Source: the human T2T-CHM13v2.0 reference genome, Homo sapiens
Assembly: GCF_009914755.1 (NCBI RefSeq)
Contig: NC_060925.1
Strand: one strand, 5' to 3'
DNA: 64,000 nucleotides
The notes below the pieces were generated by a model. It was given only the letters and a program-made list of their open reading frames with translations, was not told the origin of the DNA and made no database searches. This document shows positions 25,790-40,498 of the stretch, piece after piece; position 1 is the stretch's first letter, and the number at the start of each line of letters is the position of its first letter. The position numbers and the translations under genes are program-made.

Positions 25790-27950
25790 AAATTACATTT
25801 CAATAAATATAAAAATAAACATAACCTAGAAAAAAGAAAAGAATAGCAAAAATTATACACTTCTTTTATTGAAAGTGTGTATATATGACAATAAGTAACG
25901 AATCACTGATACACAATCATAATTTTTGTCATTCTGCAATTGTAACTAAACAAAGAGTGTGAAAGAGTGAGTCCACATACTAAACACTGAAGTGCACACT
26001 TTGAAGGAACATCATATTTATCAGTATTAAAGTTCTTAACAACAAATGAGCATGCTTTGTGCTGGTTAATCTATTTGATCAAGTTTGGATTGATCACAAT
26101 GCTTCTGGCTTTTGATAATGTATACCTAAATTATTTCTGTGTTTCATAACACTGATAGTAGAGAAACCAGTCTTACAGATATATGTTGACAGGAGGATTA
26201 GAAGTGATTTTAAAAGGAATTTTAGCAAGCTTAGCATATTTATGTTGGAATTTTATTCAAAATGAAGAAAGCAATATTTTATTTTTGATGTTCATTTTCA
26301 ATCCATCAGTAACCACTCCAACAATTTTTCCTATAAAGTCATAATGAAATTTAAATTATCTCTCAATGAAAGGAATGGATTTCAGATAAATAAATTTCCT
26401 ATGTACGAATTTTTTTTTTTTTTTTTTTTGAGACAGAGGCTTGCAGTGTCACCTGGGCTGGAGTGCAGTGGAGCAATTTTGGCTCACTGCAACCTCTGCC
26501 TCCTGGGTTCAAGTGATTCTCCTGCCTCAGCCTCCTAAGTAGCTGGGATTACAGGTGCCCACCACCATGCCCAGCAAATTTTTTGTATTTTTTTAGTAGA
26601 GACAGATTTCACTATGTTGCCCAGGCTGGTCTTGAACTCCTGACCTTGTGATCCACCCGCCTCAGACTCCTAAAGAGCTGGGATTACAGGGCGTCTGGCC
26701 CCCTATGTAAGAATATTTTTAATAGAAAATTAAAATGCAAAAATTCTGTCAAAATTCATCAAGTCTTTGGTGATAACATTTTACATTTTTGAAGTAATCT
26801 GGATCATGACTTATTTGAATTGTTAAATTATGGAACATGTCATAATAATCTTTAAATCTCTGTTCTTCTAAGCTTCCGATTTTGTTCTTGTCCTTTGATC
26901 TTATCTGCCACTGACAATTATGCTGTACTCCTTCCTTTTATGGAAGTATTAGGATCATTATAATACCAAAGATACCAGACAAACGAGCAGTTTAGATGTC
27001 CAATTTACCTCTTTGAGAAGATGAGACCTTATACTTTTCTTATCTTGCAGAAGTATTAAGAGCTTATTCTATAAATCAAGCACGCTCAACTTTTCTGCTC
27101 TACAATCATTGTGCCTTAATATGCAATGAAAGTCATGTGTAATTCATCTTCCACGTTATCCCATAGTAAAGAGAATAATCTAGAATGTCATGCACTCCAC
27201 TTAATTTACAATTTTTACTGTGTCACTTGACACATTGTTTATTTAGGCTTTTTTCACAGCATGACTTTTGCAATAAAGGAAACAATGCATTGATTTTTCT
27301 TCTGGCCCAAGCTCCTTGATCTAGGTAACTACTTCAGAAAATTTTCTTTTCACTGGAAGTGTGACATCAGAGCATATATCTATACAGAACTTAAACTCTA
27401 AAACATACTTGTTAACTTTGTAATCCTTCACAGATTTATACAGTTCAGAGCTAATCATAATTGTCAACAGTGAAGCCAAAAAAATTAATTCTTCAAACCA
27501 CCATCATGTTCAAGTTGCACATATATAAAAAGAACTGCAAGTTAATATCAGTGCATAAGTCAAATTGCAATGAAAAACACTTTGCTAGGTTTATTTGTTC
27601 TTTGAGTTGGTCTTATATCATTAGCCAGTTCAAAATTACATCAAGCTATTGTGTCCAAATACAGTTACATCTACATGTCAAAGTAGCTTAAGCTATTTTG
27701 CTACATATTTATCCTATATTTCCCAGCAAACATCTTTAAAACAGCTTTAGCAATTATATATGATTTTTAGTGTTATCAATATGAAGTTCTATTTTATGCA
27801 TAAAATTTTCAACATCTATTCTTCCATGTTTTAAATTCAGCACACTTTTTTTTTCAAATAATTCTTTTGGTTTTGACCTTTTTATGTTTTGCGTTTAAGT
27901 GTCACTTACATTTTGGGAGTTTTACTGTCTCATTAGTTAGCACATCTCTG
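25790..27950 (-). mobile_element. hAT Charlie1-like transposon with a decayed transposase (Buster/ZBED5-related), split by an Alu
   Basis: Minus-strand translation near 27250-27300 gives KSMHCFLYCKSHAVKK, resembling the hAT HCxxHxxxLA motif. Flanking sequence follows Charlie transposase with many stops and frameshifts. Confidence 0.7.
26410..26700 (-). mobile_element. AluS (Sc/Sg-like)
   Basis: Antisense dimer, with TSD cctatgtacgaat/cctatgtaagaat. Confidence 0.95.
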
Positions 27951-28234
27951 AAAATGGAATCCACCAATATATTTTCAAAGTTAACACATCATGACCAATT
28001 AGAATTTATCCCAGGAATACAAAGTTGGATAACATTCTAAAAGCACAGTATAAACAAATTAAGAAAAATCATACTAGCTCAACAGATGTAAAAAGGCATT
28101 TGACAAATTTCAATATTAATTCCATTAATTCCTGATAAATACTCTCAGCAAACTAAGAATAGACGGGAACTTCCACAACATGAAACAGTGCTACAAAAAG
28201 CCTACAGCTAACGTCGTATGTAATGATGAAAGAC

Positions 28235-28610
28235 GGGCTGAATTACGTCCCATCCTCCAAATTCATATGTTCAAATCCCAACCCAACGGTACCTTAAGAC
28301 GTACTGGTTATTTGGAGATATGGTCTTTAAAGATGTAATTAAAGTAAAATGAAGACACACGGCTAAGCCCTAATCCAGTACGACTGGTGTCCTCATAAGA
28401 AGAGGAGAATAGGACACAGACAGACACAGAGAAAGACTGTGTGAAAAGGCAGCTGTCTGCAAGCCAAGGAGAGAGACCTCAGAGGAAACCAAACTTTCCA
28501 GCACCTTGATCATGGACTCCTAGACTCCAGAACTGTGAGAAAATACATTTTTGTTGTTTAAGCCACTCTGTCTGCAATATTTTGTTACAGCAGCCCTTGC
28601 AAACTAACCA
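28235..28610 (+). mobile_element. MLT1B-like MaLR LTR
   Basis: gggctgaattacgtccc...ccctaatccagtacgactggtgtcctcataagaagagg...ccagaactgtgagaaaata. Confidence 0.85.
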
Positions 28611-29303
28611 TCACATAAGATTAGGAAAAAGATTAATATGTCTTCCCTCATCACTTCTACCTAGCATTCTCCTGGAAGTTATGGCCAGTGCCAAAAGTCA
28701 AGACAAAAAATAAAAATTGTCCAGAATGGGAAGGGACAACTAAAAATATTTTTGTTCGCAGATGACAAGAATGTCTATGTAGAAATTCTTATGAAATATG
28801 TTTAAAAGGTATCAGAATTAGTTAGCAAGTTTAGCAGAGTTGCATTTTATAAAATCAACACATAAAACTATTTTATTTCTCTATACAAGCAACAAAAACC
28901 AGAAATCAAAATTTTAAATCACTACTATTTATAGTAGCTTAAAAAATATTAAATACCCGAGGTTAGGAATGACAAAAGGTATACAAGACCTGTTCAGTAT
29001 TAATTACTGAGAGAAATCAAAAAAGACCTAAATAAATGGTGAGATACATCATGTTCATGAGCCAGAAGACTCAATACTGTTAAAATGTCATTTCTCCCAA
29101 AATTGACCTAGAAAATCAACACAACTCCAAAAGCAAAGACCAGTCAAAATCCCCAAATTCCTTTTTTTGTGGAAATTGAAAAACTGATTCTAAAATTCAT
29201 ATGGAAATATGAAGGATCTAGAATAGCAAAAGCAACTTTGAAAATAAAGAACATAGTTGGAAGACTAACACAACCCACTTTCAAAATGTATTATAACACT
29301 ATA

Positions 29304-29497
29304 GCAGGAGTTAGCAAATTAAGACCTGCAGACCAAATTCAGCCCATGACCTGTTTTTTACAGTCCCCAAGCTAAGAATGGTTTTTATATTTTTAAATGG
29401 TTGTTAAAAGAAACACACACTACAGAGGACGTATATGCCTCACAAAGCCTAAAATATTTACTATCTGACCCATTATGGAAAAAGTTTGCTCACCCTC
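29304..29497 (+). mobile_element. MER58-family MITE
   Basis: caggagttagcaaa...gctaagaatggtttt...cacaaagcctaaaatatttactatctg...aaaaagtttgct. Confidence 0.8.
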
Positions 29498-31491
29498 AAG
29501 CTACAGTAACCAAGACAATGTAGTATTATCATATAGACACAAAAATAGATCAGTGGAGCAGAAGACAGAACCCAAAAATAGACCCACTCATATATGGACC
29601 ACTGATTTTTTTACAAAGGTGCAAAGGCAATTCAGTGGACAAATTATAGTCTTACTATCAAATGGTGCTGAAAGAATTGGATATCCATGTGCATAAAAAG
29701 TAAACTTTGGTCTATGTTAAACTTTGAATAATATACAAAAATTAACTCAAAATGTATCATAATCTAAATGTAAAGCCTAAAATTATATAACTTCTAGAAG
29801 AAAACGTAAAAGAAAATCTTTGTGACCTTGGATTTGTCAAAGATAACCCTTAGCTATGACACTAAAGCAAGATCCATGAAGAAAAAAAATTGACAAATTG
29901 AACTTTAACTAAATTTAAAATGTCTGTTCTCAAAAATCACTGTTAAAAGATTAAAATACAAGACAAATACTAGAAGAAAAATTTGCAAATCATGTATCTG
30001 ATAAAGAATTTGCATGTAGAATACACAAAGAACCCTCAAAACTCAATAATCAAAACCTAATATATTTTAAACAGGCAAAATATTTGAACAGACATTTCAC
30101 TAAAGAAGATATAAACACAGCAAATAAGCACATGAAATGAGGGTCAACATCATTAGTCATCAAGAAAATGCAAATTAAAACTTCAGGTAAATACCACTAC
30201 ATATCTATCAGAATGACTAAAATTAAAATTACTGGCCATATCAAGTATTGGCAAAGATGTGAAAGAAGTGGAACTCTATACTGCTGGCAGGAATGTAAAA
30301 ATGGCAGAACTACTTTTAAAAACAGTTTGGCAGTTTCTTAAACATATGAACATATACCTATTATGATCATGCCTAGGGGTAGTTCCAAGAGAAATGGAAA
30401 CATGTGTCCATATAAAGACTTGTGCCCAAATGTTCATAGCAGCTTCATTTGGAGTAGCAATAAACTGGAAGCAAACCAAATAGCTATCATCAGATTAATG
30501 AATAAATAAACTGTGATACAACCATACAATGGAACAGTACTCGACAATGGAAAAGAATTAACTATTGAAAATGCAACAACATGGATAAATCTCAAAATAC
30601 TTATGCTGTGTGAAAGACATCATACAAAAAAAAAGAAGAAAAAGTACATACTCTGATTCCATTTATATAAAATCCTAGAAAACAGAAACTAATCTATAGT
30701 GACAGAAAGCACATCAGCCTGAGGATAGGGAGAGGGCAGGCAAAAGAGATCAGGAAGAAGGGAAGAGATGCAAGAAAACTTTGGGAATGATGAAGATGTT
30801 CATTATCTTGATTGTGATAATGAGTACCCAATTACATACACACATCAAAACTTATCAAATTTTATGCTTTAAATATGTACATTTAAGTTATACCAACTAC
30901 ACCTCAATAAAGCTGTTTTTAAAAGTAAGGCAAGCTACAATTTTTACTTAGCTTCAAAAAAATTAAGCTAATTTTTTACCTAAAGCAAATAAACAAACAA
31001 AAAACACTGCCATTTAAGCACTGAGTGTTATAGAACACAAAATTTCACTGAGACACAGACATAAAGCAGAGAAAAATCCAACACTACCTATCATTTGTTA
31101 GCAAATATAAATCATTTGGGGAAACTCTGGATATTGTACACATCACATTTCACTCTCTACCTTCAGTTCCATCTTGGACATTCTCTGTGTACGTTAGTAT
31201 GCAAAAGACTCCACAGGTCTTGAGGAAGGAAACTTACTTGACTGGCCCAGGCCCCTTTTCCCTAGATAACTATTAGTATTCCATAGAAGTAGCATCCATG
31301 GGTACAATTTAGAAAACAATTTTATAGACTGTAGGTGTTAGCAGACATCAAGTTAAGGGCAATAGGCATAGCAAGGAAAAGAGGGATTACTTCCAGCCCT
31401 AATATTGTATTAATCTGTGACACTCAAAATTTGGACTACTAAGCTAGACCCAAGTCAAGATCAAAATACATGCTAGAAACACTCTCAGATC

Positions 31492-32772
<1,281 letters not shown>

Positions 32773-32789
32773 TTTAATTTTCCTCAGAT

Positions 32790-32922
32790 CTATATTCCTA
32801 TACTCCTATTACAGTCCATGACACATTGCATTATAACTATTTGTTAATGTATCTGTCTTCTTTCCTCCTGAAGGCAGACACTGTCTTATTCAACACTCAA
32901 TAAATGTCTTTTAAATTGAATT
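32790..32922 (+). mobile_element. L2 3' end fragment
   Basis: cctgaaggcagacactgtcttattca...ctcaataaatgtc. Confidence 0.55.
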
Positions 32923-32959
32923 ATCATCATAAATAATGTATTAATGGTTTTCCTCAAAG

Positions 32960-33076
32960 CACACACACACACTCTATCTCCCACACACACACAGAGAGAG
33001 GGAGCAGGAGTGGGGAGAGAGAAGGAGAGAGAGAGAGAGAGAGTGAGAGGGAGAGAGACAGAGAGAGAGAGAGAGA
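32960..33076. repeat. Compound (CA)n/(GA)n microsatellite
   Basis: Directly visible. Confidence 0.9.
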
Positions 33077-33369
33077 AACTTAGGAGGAGCTATAAGAGAA
33101 GGTTACAGTTTTAGCTCTTGCCTTTTCATGGATTACAACCTAAGACAGATAATAAAGAAAGACATGGGTGATCACAGTAAACTTCCATAGGATACACCTG
33201 AAAAGGAGGCAGTCAATCAGCCGATAAGATGGTAAATAAACCAGGACTTTTGCCTGCAGCAGTTGAAGCAAAAACCGTAGTACAAAAAAAATTACATTGG
33301 CTCATAGACCTAGAAAACCCAAGAAATGTATCTGACTAAAGGCACAGCTAAACCCAGGGTTTCAGATTA

Positions 33370-34210
33370 TACTGCTTGGATATCTAATACCCATTTGAAG
33401 CCTAACATGTCAAAAACCTGAGCTTCTTCTAATCGTCCTCCCAAATCCACTCCCCATTGTGCCTTCTGCGTCTCAGGAAATGGCAGCTCCATTGCCTCAG
33501 TTATTCAGGCCAGGAACCCTAGAGTCAATCTTGTTCCCTCTCTTTCTCTTACTCTCCACATCTAATCCTTCATCATACTGCAGGCTCCACCTTCAAAATA
33601 CATCCTGAATGCAGTCTTCTTACTACATCTCCTAAACCAAATCATCCCTCACCTAAATAATTATAACATCCTTTGCCTTCCTAGAGGCGCTTTTCAACAT
33701 AGACCAGAAAGACAGTTTAAAGTAAGTCAGATCATGTCTCCTCTTTGCAAAATCCTCCATTGCCTTCTCATCTCTCTCCACATAAAAGCCAAAATCCTTA
33801 CAATGGCCTCCAAGGCCCCACGCTATAGGCTTCCCTCCCCTCTCATCATCACTTCCTCATCTTCCCCTCACTCTGCCCCAGCCATACTGGTCTCCTTGCT
33901 CTTCTCTTACTCAAACACACTGAGCATGTTCTCATTCTGAGGCCTTTGCATCTGTTCTTCCCTTTGTCCAAATATGCACTTCCTGCAGATGTCTGCATAG
34001 CTCACACTCTCATATCCTTCAGATCTTTCCGTAACATCACTTTCTCAGAGAGGCCCTCCCAAGCTGTTCTTTCTAAACCACAACAATCCCCACCACCCAA
34101 TTCTCTATAGTCCTTCCTCATGGTTTATCTCCACAGCACTTATCAAACATGCTACCTAATGTACTGAATTGTGTTTATTGTCTGTCTCTCCTTGCTAGAA
34201 TGTAAATTCC
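33370..34210 (+). mobile_element. L2a 3' region
   Basis: ttggatatctaat...gtaagtcagatcatgtc...aaagccaaaatccttacaatggcc...tctcagagaggccctccc...ctagaatgtaa. Confidence 0.85.
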
Positions 34211-34419
34211 TTTCTCCATTGGTAGATACCCATGTGTTCCAGGAAGAGATGATGGACAGTTGCTCCTTTTCCACTTGTCTGCATTGAACTATGTCACCTG
34301 GACCTGAAGTCTTATAGAGTTTCTTATCAAAATACGATTCTTTCTTTCAGCTTTTTCCAGTGTTCCCTTTTCCACTAGTCCTGGAGCCAGCATGTAGAAC
34401 AAGACACCATCCTGTCCCC

Positions 34420-34816
34420 AGCTGGGACCATATAATATCCATCCTCCCTGCTTTGATAACAGAACTCCCGAGTTTCAGCTGGCAGCCTATGTGGCCATGC
34501 GCATAAACTCTGAACAACAGAATGTAAGAAGAAATGATGTGTGCCACCTATGAGTTGTACCCCTGAAAAGAAATGTGTAAGTACTTCCCTGACCCTTTCT
34601 CTTTTATTTCCCTGTTGCTGGTGAAATAATAAGAATTATCATCTGCCTTGGACTCTGAGGTGGAAGCTCTGCATGGAGGACTCCACTGACACCCTGGCAG
34701 CCCTGGACCACCTCCTCCTGTACAGTCATACAAGGAAGAGAGAAACTTCTATCTCAGTTAAGCCATTATATCTTGAAGTTTATTTGTTATAGCAGCCTGG
34801 CTAATACCCTAATACA
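34420..34816 (+). mobile_element. Old MLT1 (J/K-like) LTR
   Basis: 3' end agaaacttctatctcagttaagccatt...ttgttatagcagcc...cctaataca. Confidence 0.65.
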
Positions 34817-35289
34817 AAAATTACACTGAGAATGTCTTTCTTGCCTTTGGGTATTTTGGGAGCAAAGGAAAATAACTTGGAGTTGAGGAAAGGGAGTAGA
34901 AGAGAAATTAAGAACTACTCAGTTCTGACCCAATTCTGCCACAGAAGGCTGGGGCTTCTCACATCATAAAACATTAGAGCTCCTACTTGTACTGATATGA
35001 AATAACCTCAAGAAAAATTGCTGATATGCTATTGTTAGCTAATTTTTAAAGGTTTATATATATGCAAGCGTTCTAAATGTAGACTATTTCTGGAAGAATA
35101 CCAACAAATTTCTTAGGTGGCTGCCTCTGGAGATGGGGACTGAAGGACAGGAAGACAGCGTTGGAGGAAAAGAACTCGCTTTTGGATGCTTTCTGAATGT
35201 TATTTCATGTGTAACTATAAAAAAATAGTAACATTTAAACCTTAAGAAGTCAACAACCTAAAACTAATTTTTAGAGAGGATTAAAATCT

Positions 35290-35900
35290 CAGCTATTAAC
35301 CCTTTATCTCATATGAATGATTTTCACCCTTTTTCGGTGACCATAGCTCACAGTGGCACAATGAGAAAAAAATGTCGCATTTTTGAAGGCCATTGTTATC
35401 AACGGATGTGAAAGCAAACTTCCTTTTGGACATAAGTATGCATAGCTTTCAAATGGCACAAGAAAAATCAGATCTTTCCTCAATGTATTTTTTCGTTTGT
35501 TTCCAGTGGAAGCAGAAATCAGCAGCAGCCTAGCATCCTTGAAACTTTCCCTCGTTTCCCCCAACACCATCATCATTTTATAAAGGTCATCCCACAATGA
35601 ACGGGTTGCCAAGTCAGGGTGAAGGCAGCTCCGCGACGGCCCTCATTACGCTGATCTGTGCTGTCTTCCATCCCCTCATCAGCAGCAAAGTCAATATTTC
35701 ATCTGGGAGCTAAAATTAAGTCATCACCCCTCCTGTGAGCAACACTACTCCTGAAATAAAAATTTTACAACATTAGGTTGGAGGAGGATCACTTAGCATT
35801 TGAAAACACTTCCCCTGTGACCTTGAGCTTTTATCGCTTGGGAGCCAAAATAAAATCTCTCAGGCAAGATTTATGAATAAATAATTAACCATGAAAATAA
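35290..35900. promoter_or_regulatory. Candidate conserved non-coding element or enhancer
   Basis: No recognisable repeat, locally retained CpGs, and clustered SOX (ACAATG x2, CATTGTT), ETS (CGGATGT, ACTTCC), AAAGGTCA and TGCCAA motifs. Confidence 0.35.
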
Positions 35901-35948
35901 AAGCAGCACAGAAAAAGAAGTAGGTCCTTTCCATTTACAGCCAAAGTT

Positions 35949-35949
<1 letters not shown>

Positions 35950-35984
<35 letters not shown>
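35950..35984. repeat. (TG)n microsatellite
   Basis: About 17 perfect TG units. Confidence 0.95.
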
Positions 35985-35985
<1 letters not shown>

Positions 35986-37454
35986 CTTTCTCTTTTATGC
36001 ACATGGTGTTTTCAAGAAAAAAAAAATCCAAGATATAAAAGCCTGACATCACCACAGGAGCCGTAAAACATTCGGACAGATTCTGCATGGCCTGCTTCCT
36101 CCATGGGCCTTCCTGGATCCTCAGAAAGTACCCAGGTCACCCAGACACTGAGCAGCAATGACAGCCCTCACTGCTCTCCATCCTCCTGGGGTTGGCTTCT
36201 CCCCACCCGACTCGACCCTTCCCAGCAAGAGCAAGGGGTGTTTTCCTAGTGGTCCACCTGCCAGCCAAGGTGGGTCTGAAGGGGAAGTAGCAGGAACTGA
36301 GTCCCACAGAGAAGACTCTGGGCTCACACATCCCCCATCTCAGAGCAGGGCTCTCTAAAAGCAGTTCACCCAGTGAAACAAAAATGACGACACTGGGGAA
36401 CACTCAGCTCAGTTTCAAGGCAACCAGGAAAAATAATCACAAATTAAGAGAGCTCCCTCCCTCCTTTAAATGCAAACTCAGCACGTGGAGGAGGAACGCA
36501 GTCCAGTCTTCGGTGCGAACTGCCACAAGCTCTCTCTGAAGAACTGCAAGTGCCTTCCTCTTCCTGAAGTGCTCACCTCCTGGTGAGCTGCCCATCCCAG
36601 TTCAAGCAAAGAAAATACTCCCAGCATGAATGAGAGAAATTCAAAGAGAAGAGGCCTTGCTGCCTCCCGGTGAGAAAACCGACTGAGGGGCAAAGAGCCC
36701 AGGGATCTCCCTAGCCTGTCCCACGGCTCACAGTCCATGAGGAAGCATAAGAGTCTTGAACTTCATCCTAACGCTGGAAATCTAAACTTTTTCTTTTTCA
36801 TCTTCAGAGCACCTATTGTTTTTCTTTAGACTGCTCTAACCTGCCTCCCTGCTGACTCATTTTTGTCATGTATTCTGTGAAGAAAGATAATAGACCAAAT
36901 TATTCTGAAGCATAACTGCCTGTTAAAAGTCAGAAAAAGAACTTGCCCAGCCTCCTGCTCTGTAGCAAGCACGCCTCCGCAGGGTGGACGGGAGGCAGGC
37001 CAAGCCTACAGGCTGGTGGAGAGCCCTCTTCCTGCAGATAAAAGTGGCAGAAACACTCCTCCCATCAAAAGAAGTCAAATGAAGGTTAATCTTTTGCATC
37101 CCCAATCTTCTCTTCAGAAAGGAGGTTAATTTTAAGAATTCCTCCAGGAGTTGAGTAATCCCTAAGGGTTCTTCTGTCTTCAAGATTCCAGGATTCCCAA
37201 GCTTCCTACTTTGCTCAGGAGGTCTTCGGTGACTCTGCATTTCCATGACATTTCCTAACATTAAAGTTCCACCCTGAAGAACCTTAAGAGATAGTATAAA
37301 CAAAAGCACGTTGTAAACCCTAATGCATGCTACTAATGGCAGTTTGCTTGTGCAAAAAACTGCTCACTCCTGTTTCCCTATATTCCAGAAAAACTTCAGC
37401 TGCTATTTACCTTATTCTTAAATCAAGTTGTTTATTTGATTCTTGCCTTCAATA

Positions 37455-37592
37455 TTTTTAAGCAGCTCCATTGAGGTATAATTGGCAAAGAACAAACTGC
37501 AAATATTTTAATTATACAATTTGATAAGTTTTAATAAATATAAACACCATGAACAAGCTCTATAATCAAGATAATAAACATATTCATCATTC
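37455..37592 (-). mobile_element. L1MB/MC-type 3' terminal fragment
   Basis: cagctccattgaggtataattg...aaactgca...tacaatttgataagtttt. Confidence 0.7.
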
Positions 37593-37941
37593 TTGTTTTC
37601 CCAGGCCCTTCTTACAACAATTTAAGAGCAAAATAACATTGTTTCTTACCCTAGACCTAACCATAATTAGCTGTGTGATCTTGAACCTGTTTGCAAGTTT
37701 TCATCTTTTCACCTGTTCAAGGAGAGAATTGTATCACATGATCTTCCTAGTCCTCCAAGACAAAGCCTTCTACGAATCTAGGCTTGAAACAAACCTTCAA
37801 GGACAGAGGTCACCCATGAATTTCCTTGTTGTTCTTTCTGGCCACAAAATTTATTCTCAAGCTATGGCACTCATGATGATACACATGGCATCATAATATT
37901 TATTTTTGTTTCTAAGTAGTTCTACACTGTTGCCTCTATAA

Positions 37942-38605
37942 CAGGACCAGTTTCATGGACCAGTGACCTGTGCAGCCACACAGGGCCCCACCCTCAGAAG
38001 GGCCAGGCTGTTGAAGTTCAATGCTCTGCAGTTGCCATCTTGAAGTCCTTAATAATTTTGTCTTTGAATTTGTGGTTAGTAAATGAAGTCTGATGAGGCC
38101 ATGGAGCTTCAGGCTTGGAGCTTTGACTCACATACGCTCCTATGTCCCACCACCTCCCTATCTGCTTGCCTTTTCGGACGGGATCTCAGCAGTCCACTCC
38201 CCAACCCCTGGTGTCCTGGCCCAGGCTGACCTCCTCATTCCTGACCCCATCCCACAACCACTACCACTGTCCACCTGGGGTGGAGACCAAGTTGCATTGA
38301 CAGGAAGAGGACTGCATTCTACTGTCATTCTTTACCCCAAGGAGAGAGAGGATCAGGGTTAGACACTCACCCCATGGCATCTTGGGACAGGACAAGACAG
38401 CATCCATCCTGCACCAGGCTGACAGCACCACTACATGTTTGGTGGGTGACCAGTGGGGAGGGATGTATCATCCACCTCAGTCTAGGTACCAAGCGCATCC
38501 AGGCAGGGGTTAGAATGGACAGCCAGCATGTAGGAAGGGGAGATTGACTTTGCCATCCCATCCAGCCCCACATTTTTATTTTGCACTGGGATCCACACAG
38601 TATGT
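37942..38605 (+). mobile_element. hAT-Tip100 element (Zaphod/MER91 family), internally deleted
   Basis: MER91-type left end gtgacctgtgcagccacacagggcccc...ctcagaagggcc and right end ccccacatttttattttgcactggg. Confidence 0.7.
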
Positions 38606-39018
38606 GCTTTTTTAAAGCACGTTATGAATATAAATTGCCTGTTGCAGACCAGGAATCAACAAGACAGCCTCCCATCTGTGCCCTTTCAAGAGGTCATGCA
38701 GGAAATAACATTGCATAGTGCTAAAAGCAATGAGTATTTGATGATCCTCTGGCCCTTGGTCATCCTGTCACTCAAGGACAGGCAAAGACAGGTGAAGAAT
38801 CTCCAGCTGGTTTAAAGAAAAGTGTGAAATGGTGTTAGCCAAGCTGGAGCTGAGCTATAGCAAACTCCAGGCTGGATCCTGCCTCTAAATTGCATCTAAG
38901 TATATGCTAAGCCCACCTGGTCTGCTCTCAAATGGGGACTCTGCCCCTCCTCTCTGGATATCTCTCCCATCACCTCACTGCTGCCTGAGATGGCTTGGCT
39001 CTAACAGAAAATAGCACC

Positions 39019-39479
39019 TGTATTAGTTTACTAGGGCTGCCATAGTAAAGCACCACAAACTGGGAAGCTTAGAACAGCAGAGCTTAATTGTCTCACAGTT
39101 GTAGAGGCTAAAAGTCCAAGATCAAAGTGTCGGCAGGACTGGTTCTGTCTAAGGATTGTGAGGGAGAGTCTGTTCCATGCCTCTCTCCTAGCTTCTGGTG
39201 GTCTGCCTACAATCTTTGCCATTCCTTGGATTTTACATGCATCACACTGATCTCTACCTTGATACTGACATAGTGCTGTTCTTCTTCTTATAAAATTTTC
39301 CCCTTTTATAAAAGCTAAAGTCATGTTGGATTAGGCATCCACCCTACCCCAGTATGACCTTATTCTAACTGACTAATTATATCTGCAATGACCTTATTTC
39401 CAAATAAGGTCACATTCTGAGTTGTTACAGGTTAGGACTACAACATACATTTTGAGATGACACAATTCAACCCATAACA
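39019..39479 (-). mobile_element. MLT1C-like MaLR LTR
   Basis: tgtattagtttactagggctgcc...ttccaaataaggtcacattctgag...acaattcaacccataaca. Confidence 0.85.
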
Positions 39480-40498
39480 GGAGCCCTGAGTAGACCATCA
39501 GAGACAACGTTTCAACAACAATTACTCCTGGGAGTGGAAGCACATTGGCTGGCTCAAAATTCACACTAAGAGTGGGCAAGTTTTGGAGAGGAGAGAAAGC
39601 AAAACCTAAAGTCCTTTGGCTTTACAACACAGTTGGGGTATAGAAGAAAAGGTTGGAGGGAGAGAGAAGAAAGGGAAATAAAGTATCCTCACAGAATACA
39701 GGCATAAAGAATGTAAAAAAGAGTGACTAAGCCCAAGGACAGGCTTTGCTGGCTCTGGAAAAGGCTCAGTCCTGAGGCTGGAGCATAGTTACCATTCTTA
39801 AAAGGTTGCCTATCCCCACTGTGTAACTTTACTGTCATTTTCCTAATGTGGAAACTTAAACCAACACACACACACACCCAATACATGCACGCACACATAT
39901 ATGTGCATGCATACCTACTGTCCTCTCTAACAATGTTCCCTTTGCTGCCACAAAGACCTGTTTCTCTTCCAAAGCGAGTTCTTCCAGAAACTGCTCCTTC
40001 ATCTCCAACTATGCCCAGAAGAATCAATACCTCTTAAATGTATTAAGCAAAATCCTGCAGCATCTGCAGACCTGGATATCAGAATCCTGCTAAGAAGGAA
40101 GAAAATAAGTTGCAATTGCTGCATCTTTCAGAAAAACAGTTATCAATTTAAAGCTTCTTTGAATATACTCCAGCATATTATAATGCACATACAAAATAAC
40201 AGGTGGGTATTTTAAGTCCTATTAGGAGCCCCTAAATAAGTTATCACCAGTCAATCCCAGCACCTATAATCTCTTCTACAATCTTGCTTTTGTAAACAAC
40301 ATGCTATGGTGTCAGCTGTCTGTAATTGGAAGACAAGGTAATCATATGTTCTCAAGAAAATCCATGCACTTGTTAATGGCCCTAAATGTTGAACAAATTA
40401 GCAGACTTTAAAAATTCATTAACACTTCTGTTCTTAATCTATGGATTTGTTCATTTAATAACTGTGAGCTCACAATAAGGATCTATTAGCATATCACA

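Larger units (their letters stand above)
27960..30925 (+). mobile_element. Old L1M (L1ME/MD-type) ORF2 3' half and 3' UTR, interrupted by MLT1B and MER58
   Basis: RT FADD motif (ttgttcgcagatgac at about 28752-28766); ORF 29169-29375 [12 protein letters not shown]; terminal acctcaataaagctg. Confidence 0.85.
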
